Source: a virus
Strand: one strand, 5' to 3'
IMG/VR virus record: IMGVR_UViG_646311944_000001
Location: 1 to 29,707 of that record
DNA: 29,707 nt
The notes beneath the pieces were generated by a model that worked only from the letters and a program-made list of their open reading frames with translations, was not told the origin of the DNA and did no database searches. Position numbers and translations under genes: made by a program. This document shows, one piece after another, positions 8,620 to 17,400 of this stretch. Positions within the stretch are counted from its first letter, which is position 1. Every line of letters begins with the position of its first letter.

Positions 8620-9816
8620 TCACTCTATTTTGAACTCTGTTTTTGCATCAAAGTCAGCAGTATCTGCAACTGCATATAATGTAACACCTGTTGGAACTTC
8701 AACTGAATAATCTCCTTTTGCATCAATCGTGGCTGTAGCTATTGTATTTCCTGCAGAATCGGTTATATTGACCGTTGCATTTGGAACTATATCGATATAG
8801 CCGTAGAAGTAAAGAATTTCGATAGTTGAACCTGATGCTGGAGCTGTTGTGAATGTTATTGTTCCATTGGTATAATCAACTGTGAAATCTGTCCCTTCAA
8901 CTAATTTCGTTCCATCAACCCAAACACGCACTTTTGGGATTATGGGTTTATTTTGCACTGTAAATGTTGTCGTAGCTCCATCTCCTGTAAAGGTTTCTAC
9001 AGCTTTTGAAACATTGATTGTTGTTAATGTCGCAATGATTATCGTTGTGTTTGCATATTGTAGTGTTCCTACAGTGGACGATGGTTCTTTCTCAGCGTAT
9101 TTTCTTACATAAATCCAATCAAACCTAACGTCTATGTCCCAACCTCCTCTTGTAGCATATAAACCAATGTAGTCATTTATCGTAACATTTCCAGTTTCAT
9201 AATAGTATATTTGCGTTCCAATTATATCATCAGAAACGTAGTTTGTTTTAGGTAATTCAATTAAACTACTGTCAATGTCGATATATGGTATCTCGCCACC
9301 ATTACCAGCCACGTAATTATATTTCACACCAATAACAACATTTTGTGCAGATATACTCTTTTTGATTCCAATATTGCTATTAGCATCGTCAGGATGTAGT
9401 CTTATCCAGCTTGTTTCAGGTATATCTACTGTTGTTGATGATGTTCCATATAATTCCCAGCTGTTTAAATCAAAATCGTCAAATACCTCAAAAACACTGC
9501 TCCCATCACTTGCATCAACTGCATCTGGATTTCCACACCATAATAAGATAGTTGTAGAGCCACCTGCTGGAATACTCGGCACTTTTACCCAGATTTTAGC
9601 TATTTGATTGGCAGAATCCCACTCTTCTATCCAATGTGATATTAACGTCTCACCATCTGAAAGTGTGAATCTAATATCACTTCCATCATCTTTAGCTTTT
9701 GAAAAATCAAAGTTATTAGCATCTAACTGAATAAGCACTTGAAAATCTAATAAATCATAAGAATTTGGATTAGAAATATTTACAGTGGCATAATATGTCC
9801 ATCCATCCAATGCCAT
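8620..9816 (-). CDS. Tail fibre/receptor-binding protein with DUF2341 domain
   Basis: FDFSKAKDDGSDIRF...HWIEEWD...IWVKVP...WCGNP (DUF2341); later FTGDGATTTF...FTTAPASG tail-fibre module. Confidence 0.8.
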   Translation of the reverse strand: MALDGWTYYATVNISNPNSYDLLDFQVLIQLDANNFDFSKAKDDGSDIRFTLSDGETLISHWIEEWDSANQIAKIWVKVPSIPAGGSTTILLWCGNPDAVDASDGSSVFEVFDDFDLNSWELYGTSSTTVDIPETSWIRLHPDDANSNIGIKKSISAQNVVIGVKYNYVAGNGGEIPYIDIDSSLIELPKTNYVSDDIIGTQIYYYETGNVTINDYIGLYATRGGWDIDVRFDWIYVRKYAEKEPSSTVGTLQYANTTIIIATLTTINVSKAVETFTGDGATTTFTVQNKPIIPKVRVWVDGTKLVEGTDFTVDYTNGTITFTTAPASGSTIEILYFYGYIDIVPNATVNITDSAGNTIATATIDAKGDYSVEVPTGVTLYAVADTADFDAKTEFKIE

Positions 9817-9820
9817 GCCC

Positions 9821-10297
9821 TCACCATGTTATTGTTAGTTTCCCATTGAGAACTAAGATTGTTTTTACCTTTGTTTCATCTAACCCGGTCATTTTAGCAA
9901 TGTCTTCAATCGAATAACCATTATTCCAATAATTTAGCACATCAACAGCCTTAGATATTAAATCGGAAATCGCAATCCCATAATCTTTTGAAAATTCTAA
10001 GCTAATTGCTCCCATAAGGGCTAAAGCATCAACTGAACCAGTTTGCTCATAAGTTGTTTTATAATTTTGATAATCGTTAATTCTACTTATCTGGTCTTTA
10101 ATCACGTCAGTATCATCTTTATATTGTACAATCAGCTTTTGTGTTGTCCTATAATACTCAATTTTCTCAACTGAACAAATATTGCCATTATCTAAAGTTA
10201 CCTTTTTTTGGTATTCAACTGAACCCAATCCGTTAATATCTGACTCTGAAACGTTTTCTATTGTCATGATTTTAGTTTGTGGCTGGACGGCTGCCAT
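9821..10297 (-). CDS. Hypothetical tail-associated protein
   Basis: GGTGA RBS, position in tail operon; C-terminal HTH-like segment GYSIEDIAKMTGL. Confidence 0.6.
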   Translation of the reverse strand: MAAVQPQTKIMTIENVSESDINGLGSVEYQKKVTLDNGNICSVEKIEYYRTTQKLIVQYKDDTDVIKDQISRINDYQNYKTTYEQTGSVDALALMGAISLEFSKDYGIAISDLISKAVDVLNYWNNGYSIEDIAKMTGLDETKVKTILVLNGKLTITW

Positions 10298-10309
10298 TTA
10301 TATCACCTT

Positions 10310-10426
10310 TTAAGCTGTGAATGTCCAAACGCCAGATTCAACTGTTGTTGTTGGGATTTGGTAATTTGAAACGTCTATAACAACTTCAACGACTAATCTT
10401 TCAGTTTCATCAGCATAGTGCCACAT
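10310..10426 (-). CDS. Small 38-aa ORF (MWHYADETERLVVEVVIDVSNYQIPTTTVESGVWTFTA), not in the ORF track
   Basis: Translated by hand; GGTGATG RBS; exactly fills the gap between tape measure and next gene. Confidence 0.65.
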   Translation of the reverse strand: MWHYADETERLVVEVVIDVSNYQIPTTTVESGVWTFTA

Positions 10427-10431
10427 TTACA

Positions 10432-12624
10432 TCACCACATTGTTAATTGCTGTTTCAGAACCTTCTGGACAGCCAGGGCGATGTCTTCAGGGCTCGCATC
10501 GGTTTTAGAAACGTGTATATTGACGTTGATATTTGGGCTTGAGTTAGTAATATTCTGTATTGTTGTAACTTGCTGGCTTATGGGAATGCTTTTTGGATTT
10601 ATCGCCATTGTTGTCGTTATTTTTCCAACTGCAGCTTGAATTCTTGATTTATGCTTTTCAATTCCTTCCGCAATTGTTTCGATGAATCCTGGACCTACTT
10701 TATCTAATCTTGATAGAGGTCCCTCTTTTGCTGGTGAGTGAGGTAAATGGTCATCAATCCAGCTGAGTAAATCTAAGATTTTTTGCTTAATTTCATTAAT
10801 TTTACTGGTGAATCCTCTGATAAATTCAGTAATGAGCCCAACTCCAGCTTGATAAAATCTACTTGGCAGTGATTTTAAGAAATTAATTATCTCATTCATT
10901 ATATTCTTGAGTTTGTCTCTAATTCCAAATAGATTCTTATCCCATGCTAATTTTATAAGCCCCCACGGTCCAAGCAGGGAGTATTTCAGAGCTTCAAGAA
11001 TCTGTGTTTTATGAGTCTTAATTTGGTTAATTAACCACTTAATTCCATTAATAAATAGTGTCAGCTTCTGCTTTACTGCACTAATAGCTGAATTTACAAT
11101 ATCTCTTATACCAAACCAATTGTTTTTCCAAGCTAAGTATAGAACTGCCAGCACTGCAACTATTGCCAATATTGGTGCTGTTATAGGTGCGATTGCCGCT
11201 ATAAATGCACCTATTGCTCCTATGGCTGCTGACACTGCCCCAGCAATTGCTCCAAATGAAATCCCCAAAGCCCCAATGACTGAAACTATTTCCAATGTTG
11301 AAGATATCGCCATTGCAAATGCTCCAGCCAGTAATATTATAGGCCCCACAATTGCAGCAACTGCAGCAGCTAATCCTACAAATGCTCCGATTGCATGTTT
11401 TATTGGTGTTGGAAGCTTGTTAAAAATATCTAATATAGGTTTTAGAGCCATTAGAATGATTTTACCGACAGTAGCCATTCCTTGTGCAACTGAAACTGCA
11501 AATTCTTTTATTGCCGGCATTGCTTTAATCAGCATGTCTAAGAATTCTTTGATATTGCCTTTAGAGTCCTTAAAAATCTCTAATTTTATATTTTCAATTG
11601 CTGATTTCAACTGCTGTATCTTATACTCAACAGTGTTCGTCATTTCTCTGTATTTTTGTTCAGCCACTCCTGCAGAATTTTCCAATATCCTAACGTATTC
11701 CTTATAAGCATCTCCTCCTTGTTGCATTAATTGTAGTAATGCTGAACCTGCCTCAGTTCCGAATATTTTAAATATCTCAGTTGCTGACAACCCTTTTTTC
11801 TTAATATCATCTAAAATATCTCCTAAATTCCTAAGTTTTCCTGATGCATCCATTACTTTAATTCCATACTGCTCTAATGCTTTCTGAACCTTAGTATCTG
11901 CCAACTCAGTTAATACTTCTCTCAATCCTGTCCCTGCATCTTCTCCTCTTCTACCTGCCTTATAAAACATCATCAAAGCAGCTACTGTATCTTCCAAACT
12001 TAACCCCAATGCCCTTGCTGCTGGTGCCGCATATTTCAAGGAGTATTGTAATTTTTCAACAGTCGCTGGAGAGTTGGCACACGCTTGAACAAAAACATCA
12101 ACGGCTCTACCGGATTCTTGTGCTGACATTCCAAATGAGTTCAATGTTGAAACTACTAAATCTGTAGCTGTTGATAAGTCGGTTTGTGCTACCGTAGCCA
12201 GATGTAGAACATTGGGAATTGCTGCAATTATTTCATTTGTTTTCATCCCAGCACTTGCCATGAGATACATTGCTTCAGCAGCTTCTGAAGCAGTGTATGC
12301 CGTCTGTGCCCCCATTTGCATAGCTGTTTGTGTCAATTTCTCAAATTCTTCAGCCGTAGCTCCAGTTATTGCTTTAATCTTATACATCTGCTGTTCAAAT
12401 TCTATACCTGTTTGAATTGCTGAATACATTCCTGCAACAAATGGAGCTGAAAATGCTGTAACTCCAGCTCCAACCATTGCCATACTCTTTCCTACCCTAT
12501 CAAAAACATCAGCCATGTTTTTAACTCTATTTTCCAATCTATCAATGTTTTGTTGTATTTTTTGAAATACTGCCGTTGCTTTATCCACCGCTGTAATTAT
12601 GATTTGCAGATTAGTGTCAGCCAT
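10432..12624 (-). CDS. Tape measure protein (TP901-type core)
   Basis: FEQQMYKIKAITGAT...TASEAAEAMYLMASAG core, hydrophobic Ala/Ile tract, W/F repeats; 730 aa. Confidence 0.95.
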   Translation of the reverse strand: MADTNLQIIITAVDKATAVFQKIQQNIDRLENRVKNMADVFDRVGKSMAMVGAGVTAFSAPFVAGMYSAIQTGIEFEQQMYKIKAITGATAEEFEKLTQTAMQMGAQTAYTASEAAEAMYLMASAGMKTNEIIAAIPNVLHLATVAQTDLSTATDLVVSTLNSFGMSAQESGRAVDVFVQACANSPATVEKLQYSLKYAAPAARALGLSLEDTVAALMMFYKAGRRGEDAGTGLREVLTELADTKVQKALEQYGIKVMDASGKLRNLGDILDDIKKKGLSATEIFKIFGTEAGSALLQLMQQGGDAYKEYVRILENSAGVAEQKYREMTNTVEYKIQQLKSAIENIKLEIFKDSKGNIKEFLDMLIKAMPAIKEFAVSVAQGMATVGKIILMALKPILDIFNKLPTPIKHAIGAFVGLAAAVAAIVGPIILLAGAFAMAISSTLEIVSVIGALGISFGAIAGAVSAAIGAIGAFIAAIAPITAPILAIVAVLAVLYLAWKNNWFGIRDIVNSAISAVKQKLTLFINGIKWLINQIKTHKTQILEALKYSLLGPWGLIKLAWDKNLFGIRDKLKNIMNEIINFLKSLPSRFYQAGVGLITEFIRGFTSKINEIKQKILDLLSWIDDHLPHSPAKEGPLSRLDKVGPGFIETIAEGIEKHKSRIQAAVGKITTTMAINPKSIPISQQVTTIQNITNSSPNINVNIHVSKTDASPEDIALAVQKVLKQQLTMW

Positions 12625-12625
12625 G

Positions 12626-12754
12626 TTACCAGCCCAACAAACACCCTATTATGGACAATATAAACAATAATCCGATAACTATGAATATCACCAAACAAAT
12701 AGCTCCAAAAATTAATATTGTTCGTCTTTTCCACCTTTCAGTATCTACTGGCAT
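12626..12754 (-). CDS. Small 42-aa single-TM protein (MPVDTERWKRRTILIFGAICLVIFIVIGLLFILSIIGCLLGW), not in the ORF track
   Basis: Translated by hand; AGGCGAT RBS-like; stop 1 nt before tape measure ATG. Confidence 0.6.
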   Translation of the reverse strand: MPVDTERWKRRTILIFGAICLVIFIVIGLLFILSIIGCLLGW

Positions 12755-12990
12755 GTGTATCGCCTTAGGATTTCTTTATACTGTAGTGACAATTCAGATT
12801 CTTTAACCACTTCAACCTTACAACCTTTCTTACTTTGCTCTTTTCCAGCCACGTTTAAAGCAACTGCCTGATTGATATTAAAATCAACTATTGAGAGCTT
12901 TAGTAAATCAGAAGGTAAGCAATTATATCTTTGAGCTAAGGCATCTAACAATTCACTATTCTCCCTCACGAAAGGATGCCACATTTTCAT
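12745..12990 (-). CDS. Tail assembly chaperone, downstream (gpT-like) frame
   Basis: Overlaps upstream chaperone in +1 frame; LAQRYNCLPSDLL motif typical of gpT-like parts; precedes tape measure. Confidence 0.7.
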   Translation of the reverse strand: MKMWHPFVRENSELLDALAQRYNCLPSDLLKLSIVDFNINQAVALNVAGKEQSKKGCKVEVVKESELSLQYKEILRRYTCQ

Positions 12991-13324
12991 TTACATTTAG
13001 CTGGGATAGAACATAGTTCATAAGGAAATCCTTATCTCTACCGTCTAATTGTTCCCATTTAATACCTTTTGGCTCTACAATGCACTTTTCAACTAACTTA
13101 GGTAGAATTTCAACAAAATTTTTTATGAACTCTGGATTTTTAGATATATTCTCTTTAATATTGTCTTTTGACGTTGGATTTTTAAGTAAATCTTGCATTA
13201 TAGGTATATCTCCCATAACTTCTAAAATATCATAAGCTGATAACGTCTTAACTTTAAATACAAATCCACTTGGCAATTTTACTTCGGGATATGCTTTTTT
13301 CAAGTATTCCTCAACGGTTACCAT
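12956..13324 (-). CDS. Tail assembly chaperone (gpG-like)
   Basis: Between tail tube and tape measure; GGTGAT RBS. Confidence 0.75.
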   Translation of the reverse strand: MVTVEEYLKKAYPEVKLPSGFVFKVKTLSAYDILEVMGDIPIMQDLLKNPTSKDNIKENISKNPEFIKNFVEILPKLVEKCIVEPKGIKWEQLDGRDKDFLMNYVLSQLNVNENVASFREGE

Positions 13325-13335
13325 GTAATCACCAC

Positions 13336-14109
13336 TTATTCAGGTAGGTTTTCATAGAATATTATATCTTCATTGGCATTTGAAACGACAAAGCTAATTT
13401 CTTCCTTAATGTGTTCTTCTTTACCCCTGATGTAGTCAAACTTAGGTTTGTCTAAAATTGTTACGTTTCTCATTTGCACACCTTGAAGATGTCCATCAGC
13501 TCCCTTAACGAATCCAACTAACGTGAATTTTGGAACATTAACGGGTTTTCCACTTTTAACCCCTGCCACTGTGGATATTGTAACGGTTTCAGTAGTCTGC
13601 AGGGTTGCAGGTAATATGATGCTATCAATCTGCGAAAATAACAAATTTCCAACGATAGTTTCTGCAGTTGTGTAATTGAACTTCTCTGTTATTGGATTTC
13701 CAAAAGCGTCTTTTCCTTGGACTATAATTATATCTGGAGTTACTGTTGCAGTTGTAGATATTGAGACTTTAATGATTGCTGGGATTGTAGGCTGTGCTGT
13801 AGGAGTAATTGTTTGTTCCGCCCCTGTTCCAGTAGCAGTGGCTAAAGTTTCTTCCACAGACTCCATCGCATCAATACCCATAAACAAACTCCAGAACTTA
13901 TGTGTTCCCGCCAATGTTACGAACTTTCCTTTGAAATCTATAAACTGCGATACATCTTTGTAAATACCTTTAGTAGTTTCAGTAGAGAATTCTTTATGTT
14001 TCAACTCGCACTCAAATTCCACAACAGCTACTTCCTCGCCGTTAATAAGAAGCGTTCCTCCACCTTTAAACCTCTCGTATTCTGTAGTTGGGTAATATAC
14101 ACTTCCCAT
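13336..14109 (-). CDS. Major tail (tube) protein
   Basis: Position before chaperones; beta-rich, with internal Thr-rich insertion. Confidence 0.75.
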   Translation of the reverse strand: MGSVYYPTTEYERFKGGGTLLINGEEVAVVEFECELKHKEFSTETTKGIYKDVSQFIDFKGKFVTLAGTHKFWSLFMGIDAMESVEETLATATGTGAEQTITPTAQPTIPAIIKVSISTTATVTPDIIIVQGKDAFGNPITEKFNYTTAETIVGNLLFSQIDSIILPATLQTTETVTISTVAGVKSGKPVNVPKFTLVGFVKGADGHLQGVQMRNVTILDKPKFDYIRGKEEHIKEEISFVVSNANEDIIFYENLPE

Positions 14110-14118
14110 TCAAATCAC

Positions 14119-14532
14119 CTATTCGGTTATTGCATAATCCAAAACAGGAATGAATTTTTGGTCTTCAATATCTTTATCATCAATAACATCTTGAATTTTT
14201 TTAAGTCTGTAAATAATCGCCTGAACTAACTCTTTAGCCCTTTTTTCATATTGCTCTATCTTGTCTCTCTCATAATTGTCAATTTGCAGTTTTTCCCAAT
14301 ATTGGATTAAGATTCTTGAACCTGCGTAGAACAAACATGCCTCTTTTGCTAATGTCTGAAGTTCAGTATCTGTTGCTGGGAGTTCTGTATTAACTTGGGC
14401 ATCAATCCACGCAGATGCCACTGTAATAGCAGTAGTTAAACTGTCCTTGATATCCTGAAAAGGGAGTTTTAGATTTAAGAAACTATATAACTCTGTTTCA
14501 GTGCAATAAGCCATAATCTCAACCTTATGCAA
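14119..14532 (-). CDS. Head-tail adaptor/connector
   Basis: AYCTETEL...ASAWIDAQ...AKEACLFYA helical pattern; directly after capsid gene. Confidence 0.75.
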   Translation of the reverse strand: MHKVEIMAYCTETELYSFLNLKLPFQDIKDSLTTAITVASAWIDAQVNTELPATDTELQTLAKEACLFYAGSRILIQYWEKLQIDNYERDKIEQYEKRAKELVQAIIYRLKKIQDVIDDKDIEDQKFIPVLDYAITE

Positions 14533-15328
14533 TGTTTAGTTTGATAACCCCTCCCTCATGTAAAATACCGCCTCCAAACTTCTCTTTAACATACCATGCA
14601 AATTTTTCGGGCGGGTCAGTGTCAGTATCAACTCTAACAACTGTCGCTGGAAGAGCCACAGGGAATTCAACAACCAATGGATTAGCTTCAAATAAAATAC
14701 CTGTTCCAGCGTCGATTTCGGTGCATGGGATAATCTTAACGTTTAAATCAGTTTGAAGGACTTTTAATCCACTATTTAAGTAATCGTTGAATCCTAATTG
14801 CCCGACATCTTCTGGATTCAATATCAATTTTGGTTTTTGGACAGGAACTTTGTTTTTTCTCATTTGGTTTATAGCTTGGAATATTGAATTTACCTTATCC
14901 GTTATGGTTGCAGAGCTCCAAGTAACATTTTTTTCGTTTGGTGTTTGGGACAACACATCAATGACTTTTTTATTCTCTTGCTCTACTAAATCATACAATA
15001 CTGCTGTATTAATTGCTTTTTCAACAGGGAATCCTGTTTTTTTAGCTGCTAAAATGGTATCTGCATCAATCTCAATAAGTGGTGATTTATAAACTTCAAG
15101 CTTAATGTCAATCTCTGTTTTTTCCAATTCAGCCAGCTCAGGTGTTGCAGTTTTAGCTGATTTCTTTGTAGAGTTTTTTAAAGTGTATTTTATCCTTGTA
15201 ACTAAATCCTTAAACTGCGGAACTGGTGTAACTGGAACTTCTTTTAATAAGGTTGAAATTGGCTCTAAGTCAGTGAGGATTTTATTTTCGATCAATTGAA
15301 ATTCAGCTTTTGTTAGCAACTGAACCAT
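14525..15328 (-). CDS. Major capsid protein (HK97 fold inferred)
   Basis: Position after protease/scaffold/decoration; LILNPEDV and terminal GGVIKL patterns. Confidence 0.8.
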   Translation of the reverse strand: MVQLLTKAEFQLIENKILTDLEPISTLLKEVPVTPVPQFKDLVTRIKYTLKNSTKKSAKTATPELAELEKTEIDIKLEVYKSPLIEIDADTILAAKKTGFPVEKAINTAVLYDLVEQENKKVIDVLSQTPNEKNVTWSSATITDKVNSIFQAINQMRKNKVPVQKPKLILNPEDVGQLGFNDYLNSGLKVLQTDLNVKIIPCTEIDAGTGILFEANPLVVEFPVALPATVVRVDTDTDPPEKFAWYVKEKFGGGILHEGGVIKLNIA

Positions 15329-15338
15329 TCATACCACC

Positions 15339-15722
15339 TTATAATCCTACTTTGATTTCATAGATTCCATCAGAATCTGATGATTGAGGAACTATGACTT
15401 TCAAGACCTTTCCAATGACTGTTTCAAGTGTTGCATTCCCATCATCGATTCTAACTTGTCCAGTTGCAGCATCATAGAATAAAATGTCCCCTTCAGCTGC
15501 TGGAGTTGCTACCCATGATGATGTTGTAGCATCATAAGCATAAGTTGTTGCTTTCAATTTTGTGACTCCATCCACAACCACTGGAACCTCATCTCCAACA
15601 TCATAAGAATCTACATTATCCACATCATCAACAACTCCCAAAACTTTCCCATTTGCAGTAAAAACTGTTTTTGGATAGGTTGTAGCTGTAGCAGTATATG
15701 ATTTAATGTATTTGTATGCCAT
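15339..15722 (-). CDS. Capsid decoration/cement protein
   Basis: LGVV...VGDEVPVVVDGV...AAEGDILFYD...VIGKV pattern typical of head decoration proteins. Confidence 0.7.
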   Translation of the reverse strand: MAYKYIKSYTATATTYPKTVFTANGKVLGVVDDVDNVDSYDVGDEVPVVVDGVTKLKATTYAYDATTSSWVATPAAEGDILFYDAATGQVRIDDGNATLETVIGKVLKVIVPQSSDSDGIYEIKVGL

Positions 15723-15732
15723 TTAGACCACC

Positions 15733-16176
15733 TCATTCAATGCCATATCTTCTCCATGGGTTGATGTCTTTCCCTGGCTCTGCAAAAGAAGCCCCAACAA
15801 TTTCAGTTGTCTTTTTTGTGTTAATATCCACCTTAGCAAAGACGTCTAAAACATCTTCAACTATTTTACAGTTAGCAAATACTTCTTTATCAATGCCGAA
15901 CTTTGAGCATATTTGTTCAATCTTCTTTTCCTTTTCCATTTGTGCAAAAATTTCAGCTTTTGTTTTTTCAACCGCTTCCCTAATTGCTTTATCTTTTTCC
16001 TCTGCAAACTGCTCTTTCAACATTTTAGCCTGCTCCTCTAACTTTTCTTTAATCATCTGCTCTACTTCATCTTGCGTATAGACCTTAATACCAAAATCTT
16101 CCGCAAATTGTTCTAATGCTTTCTTAACATCGTCTGGATTTTGATTAGTTTGGTTTTGAGCTGTCATAACCATCAC
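15733..16176 (-). CDS. Scaffold protein
   Basis: VYTQDEVEQMIKEKL coiled-coil; between protease and capsid. Confidence 0.7.
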   Translation of the reverse strand: MMVMTAQNQTNQNPDDVKKALEQFAEDFGIKVYTQDEVEQMIKEKLEEQAKMLKEQFAEEKDKAIREAVEKTKAEIFAQMEKEKKIEQICSKFGIDKEVFANCKIVEDVLDVFAKVDINTKKTTEIVGASFAEPGKDINPWRRYGIE

Positions 16177-16963
16177 ACTTTTTCTTTAATGATTCTGGCA
16201 TGCCTCTGTCAAGTGGATTATTAGGACTATACTTATGCCCTATTCCAAGTTCTAAAGCCCTTTTAACTGCGAAATTCCAGAGATACTGCCATTCTTCACG
16301 ACTATACATTTTGTTATAAGTTGGATGATTGAATAACTTTGAAATATACACCAAGGCAGCTTTAACTCTCGCAGGAGTATCGCAAGGGAATTTCCAGTTA
16401 GCCCTATCAGCAAAGAGCTCATCAGGAACGTCTTTATACTTTGATGGCTTTGTTTTATGCCCATGCTCTTTTGATGAAGGAGGTTTTGCATTTGCCATTG
16501 CTATTGGTGCAAAATTTAGAATTTTGGCATCTGTCATTTTGGGAGTGCTGTTAATACAAATTGCCAATCCATAAGGAAACACATCAACAACCTTTCCATT
16601 TTGAACTGCTTTTAACCACTCCGCACTAACTCCAACTTGGTTATTTTTCAGATATTCTGCAACTTGAGGGTCAAAAACTGCAAACTTACAATAAGCTTTG
16701 CCTTCATCATCGGTCCAGACATCAATAATGTAGCCCTTAAAGGATTGCGGGTCTTGGAATGGTAGAATGTGGTCGATATCAACATGCTTTCCAATTAGGA
16801 ATTTTGCTCTTTCTTTAACCAAATCTGGCGTAATCCCAGCTTTTCTATACTGCTGGTCGTTTGGGTCGTAAAATAAACACTCAACAATTGCTACTGGGTC
16901 GTATGGTTTTCTATCACCCTTTGCAAATTCTATTTTTCCAATTCTGCAAGTGAAAGTGTCCAT
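16145..16963 (-). CDS. Prohead protease with C-terminal DUF6582-like domain
   Basis: GKHVDIDH and VGVSAEW protease-like motifs; C-terminal FADRANWKFPCDTPARVKAALVY. Confidence 0.7.
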   Translation of the reverse strand: MDTFTCRIGKIEFAKGDRKPYDPVAIVECLFYDPNDQQYRKAGITPDLVKERAKFLIGKHVDIDHILPFQDPQSFKGYIIDVWTDDEGKAYCKFAVFDPQVAEYLKNNQVGVSAEWLKAVQNGKVVDVFPYGLAICINSTPKMTDAKILNFAPIAMANAKPPSSKEHGHKTKPSKYKDVPDELFADRANWKFPCDTPARVKAALVYISKLFNHPTYNKMYSREEWQYLWNFAVKRALELGIGHKYSPNNPLDRGMPESLKKKCDGYDSSKPN

Positions 16964-17035
16964 GTTTCCACCAAGATAAAAAGAAAAAAAAGAAATTAAA
17001 GCTTCTGCAACACAATCTTCTCAAGTAGGTCTAAC

Positions 17036-17332
17036 TTACCTCTGAGCTGGGCTACCTCCGATTCCAACGCCCCCAGCTTTGCCTCTTAATGCTCTGATTT
17101 CTTCTTTTAATTCATCGATCTCTTTATCTTTCTTAGCCAGTTCTGCTTTTAGTTCTGCAATTTTCTCACTTTGTGATTTTTCATGATAGAATTGTTCCAT
17201 TTCACTTCTTCTTACCAAAGTATCAACTTTGTCTTTTCTTATTGTTTCTTGTGCTATTTTTTCAACATAATCGCTCTTTTTAGGAACTAAATCATCTATT
17301 GCATCAGTATCTTTCTTCCCAAACAATGCCAT
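17036..17332 (-). CDS. Hypothetical coiled-coil protein (MALFGKK...)
   Basis: AAGGTG RBS before ATG 17332; first gene of late structural operon. Confidence 0.7.
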   Translation of the reverse strand: MALFGKKDTDAIDDLVPKKSDYVEKIAQETIRKDKVDTLVRRSEMEQFYHEKSQSEKIAELKAELAKKDKEIDELKEEIRALRGKAGGVGIGGSPAQR

Positions 17333-17400
17333 AACGAACACCTTTTTGTTGTATTGTATTAGAATGTGGGGCCCCACAGCCCCTATGCAAAACCGCACCG

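Noticed and set aside
5047-9816. Diversity-generating retroelement or invertase-driven tail switching
   Set aside because: No reverse transcriptase, no template/variable repeat pair, no serine invertase and no inverted crossover sites noticed in the tail genes.
12956-13000. Canonical -1 slippery heptamer for the tail chaperone
   Set aside because: The downstream frame is +1 and no X XXY YYZ site is present in the overlap.
16975-16997. Oligo-T tract before the protease gene as an attenuator
   Set aside because: Similar T-rich tracts precede several RBSs here (18040-18056, 18430-18447), so it is not distinctive without Term-seq data.
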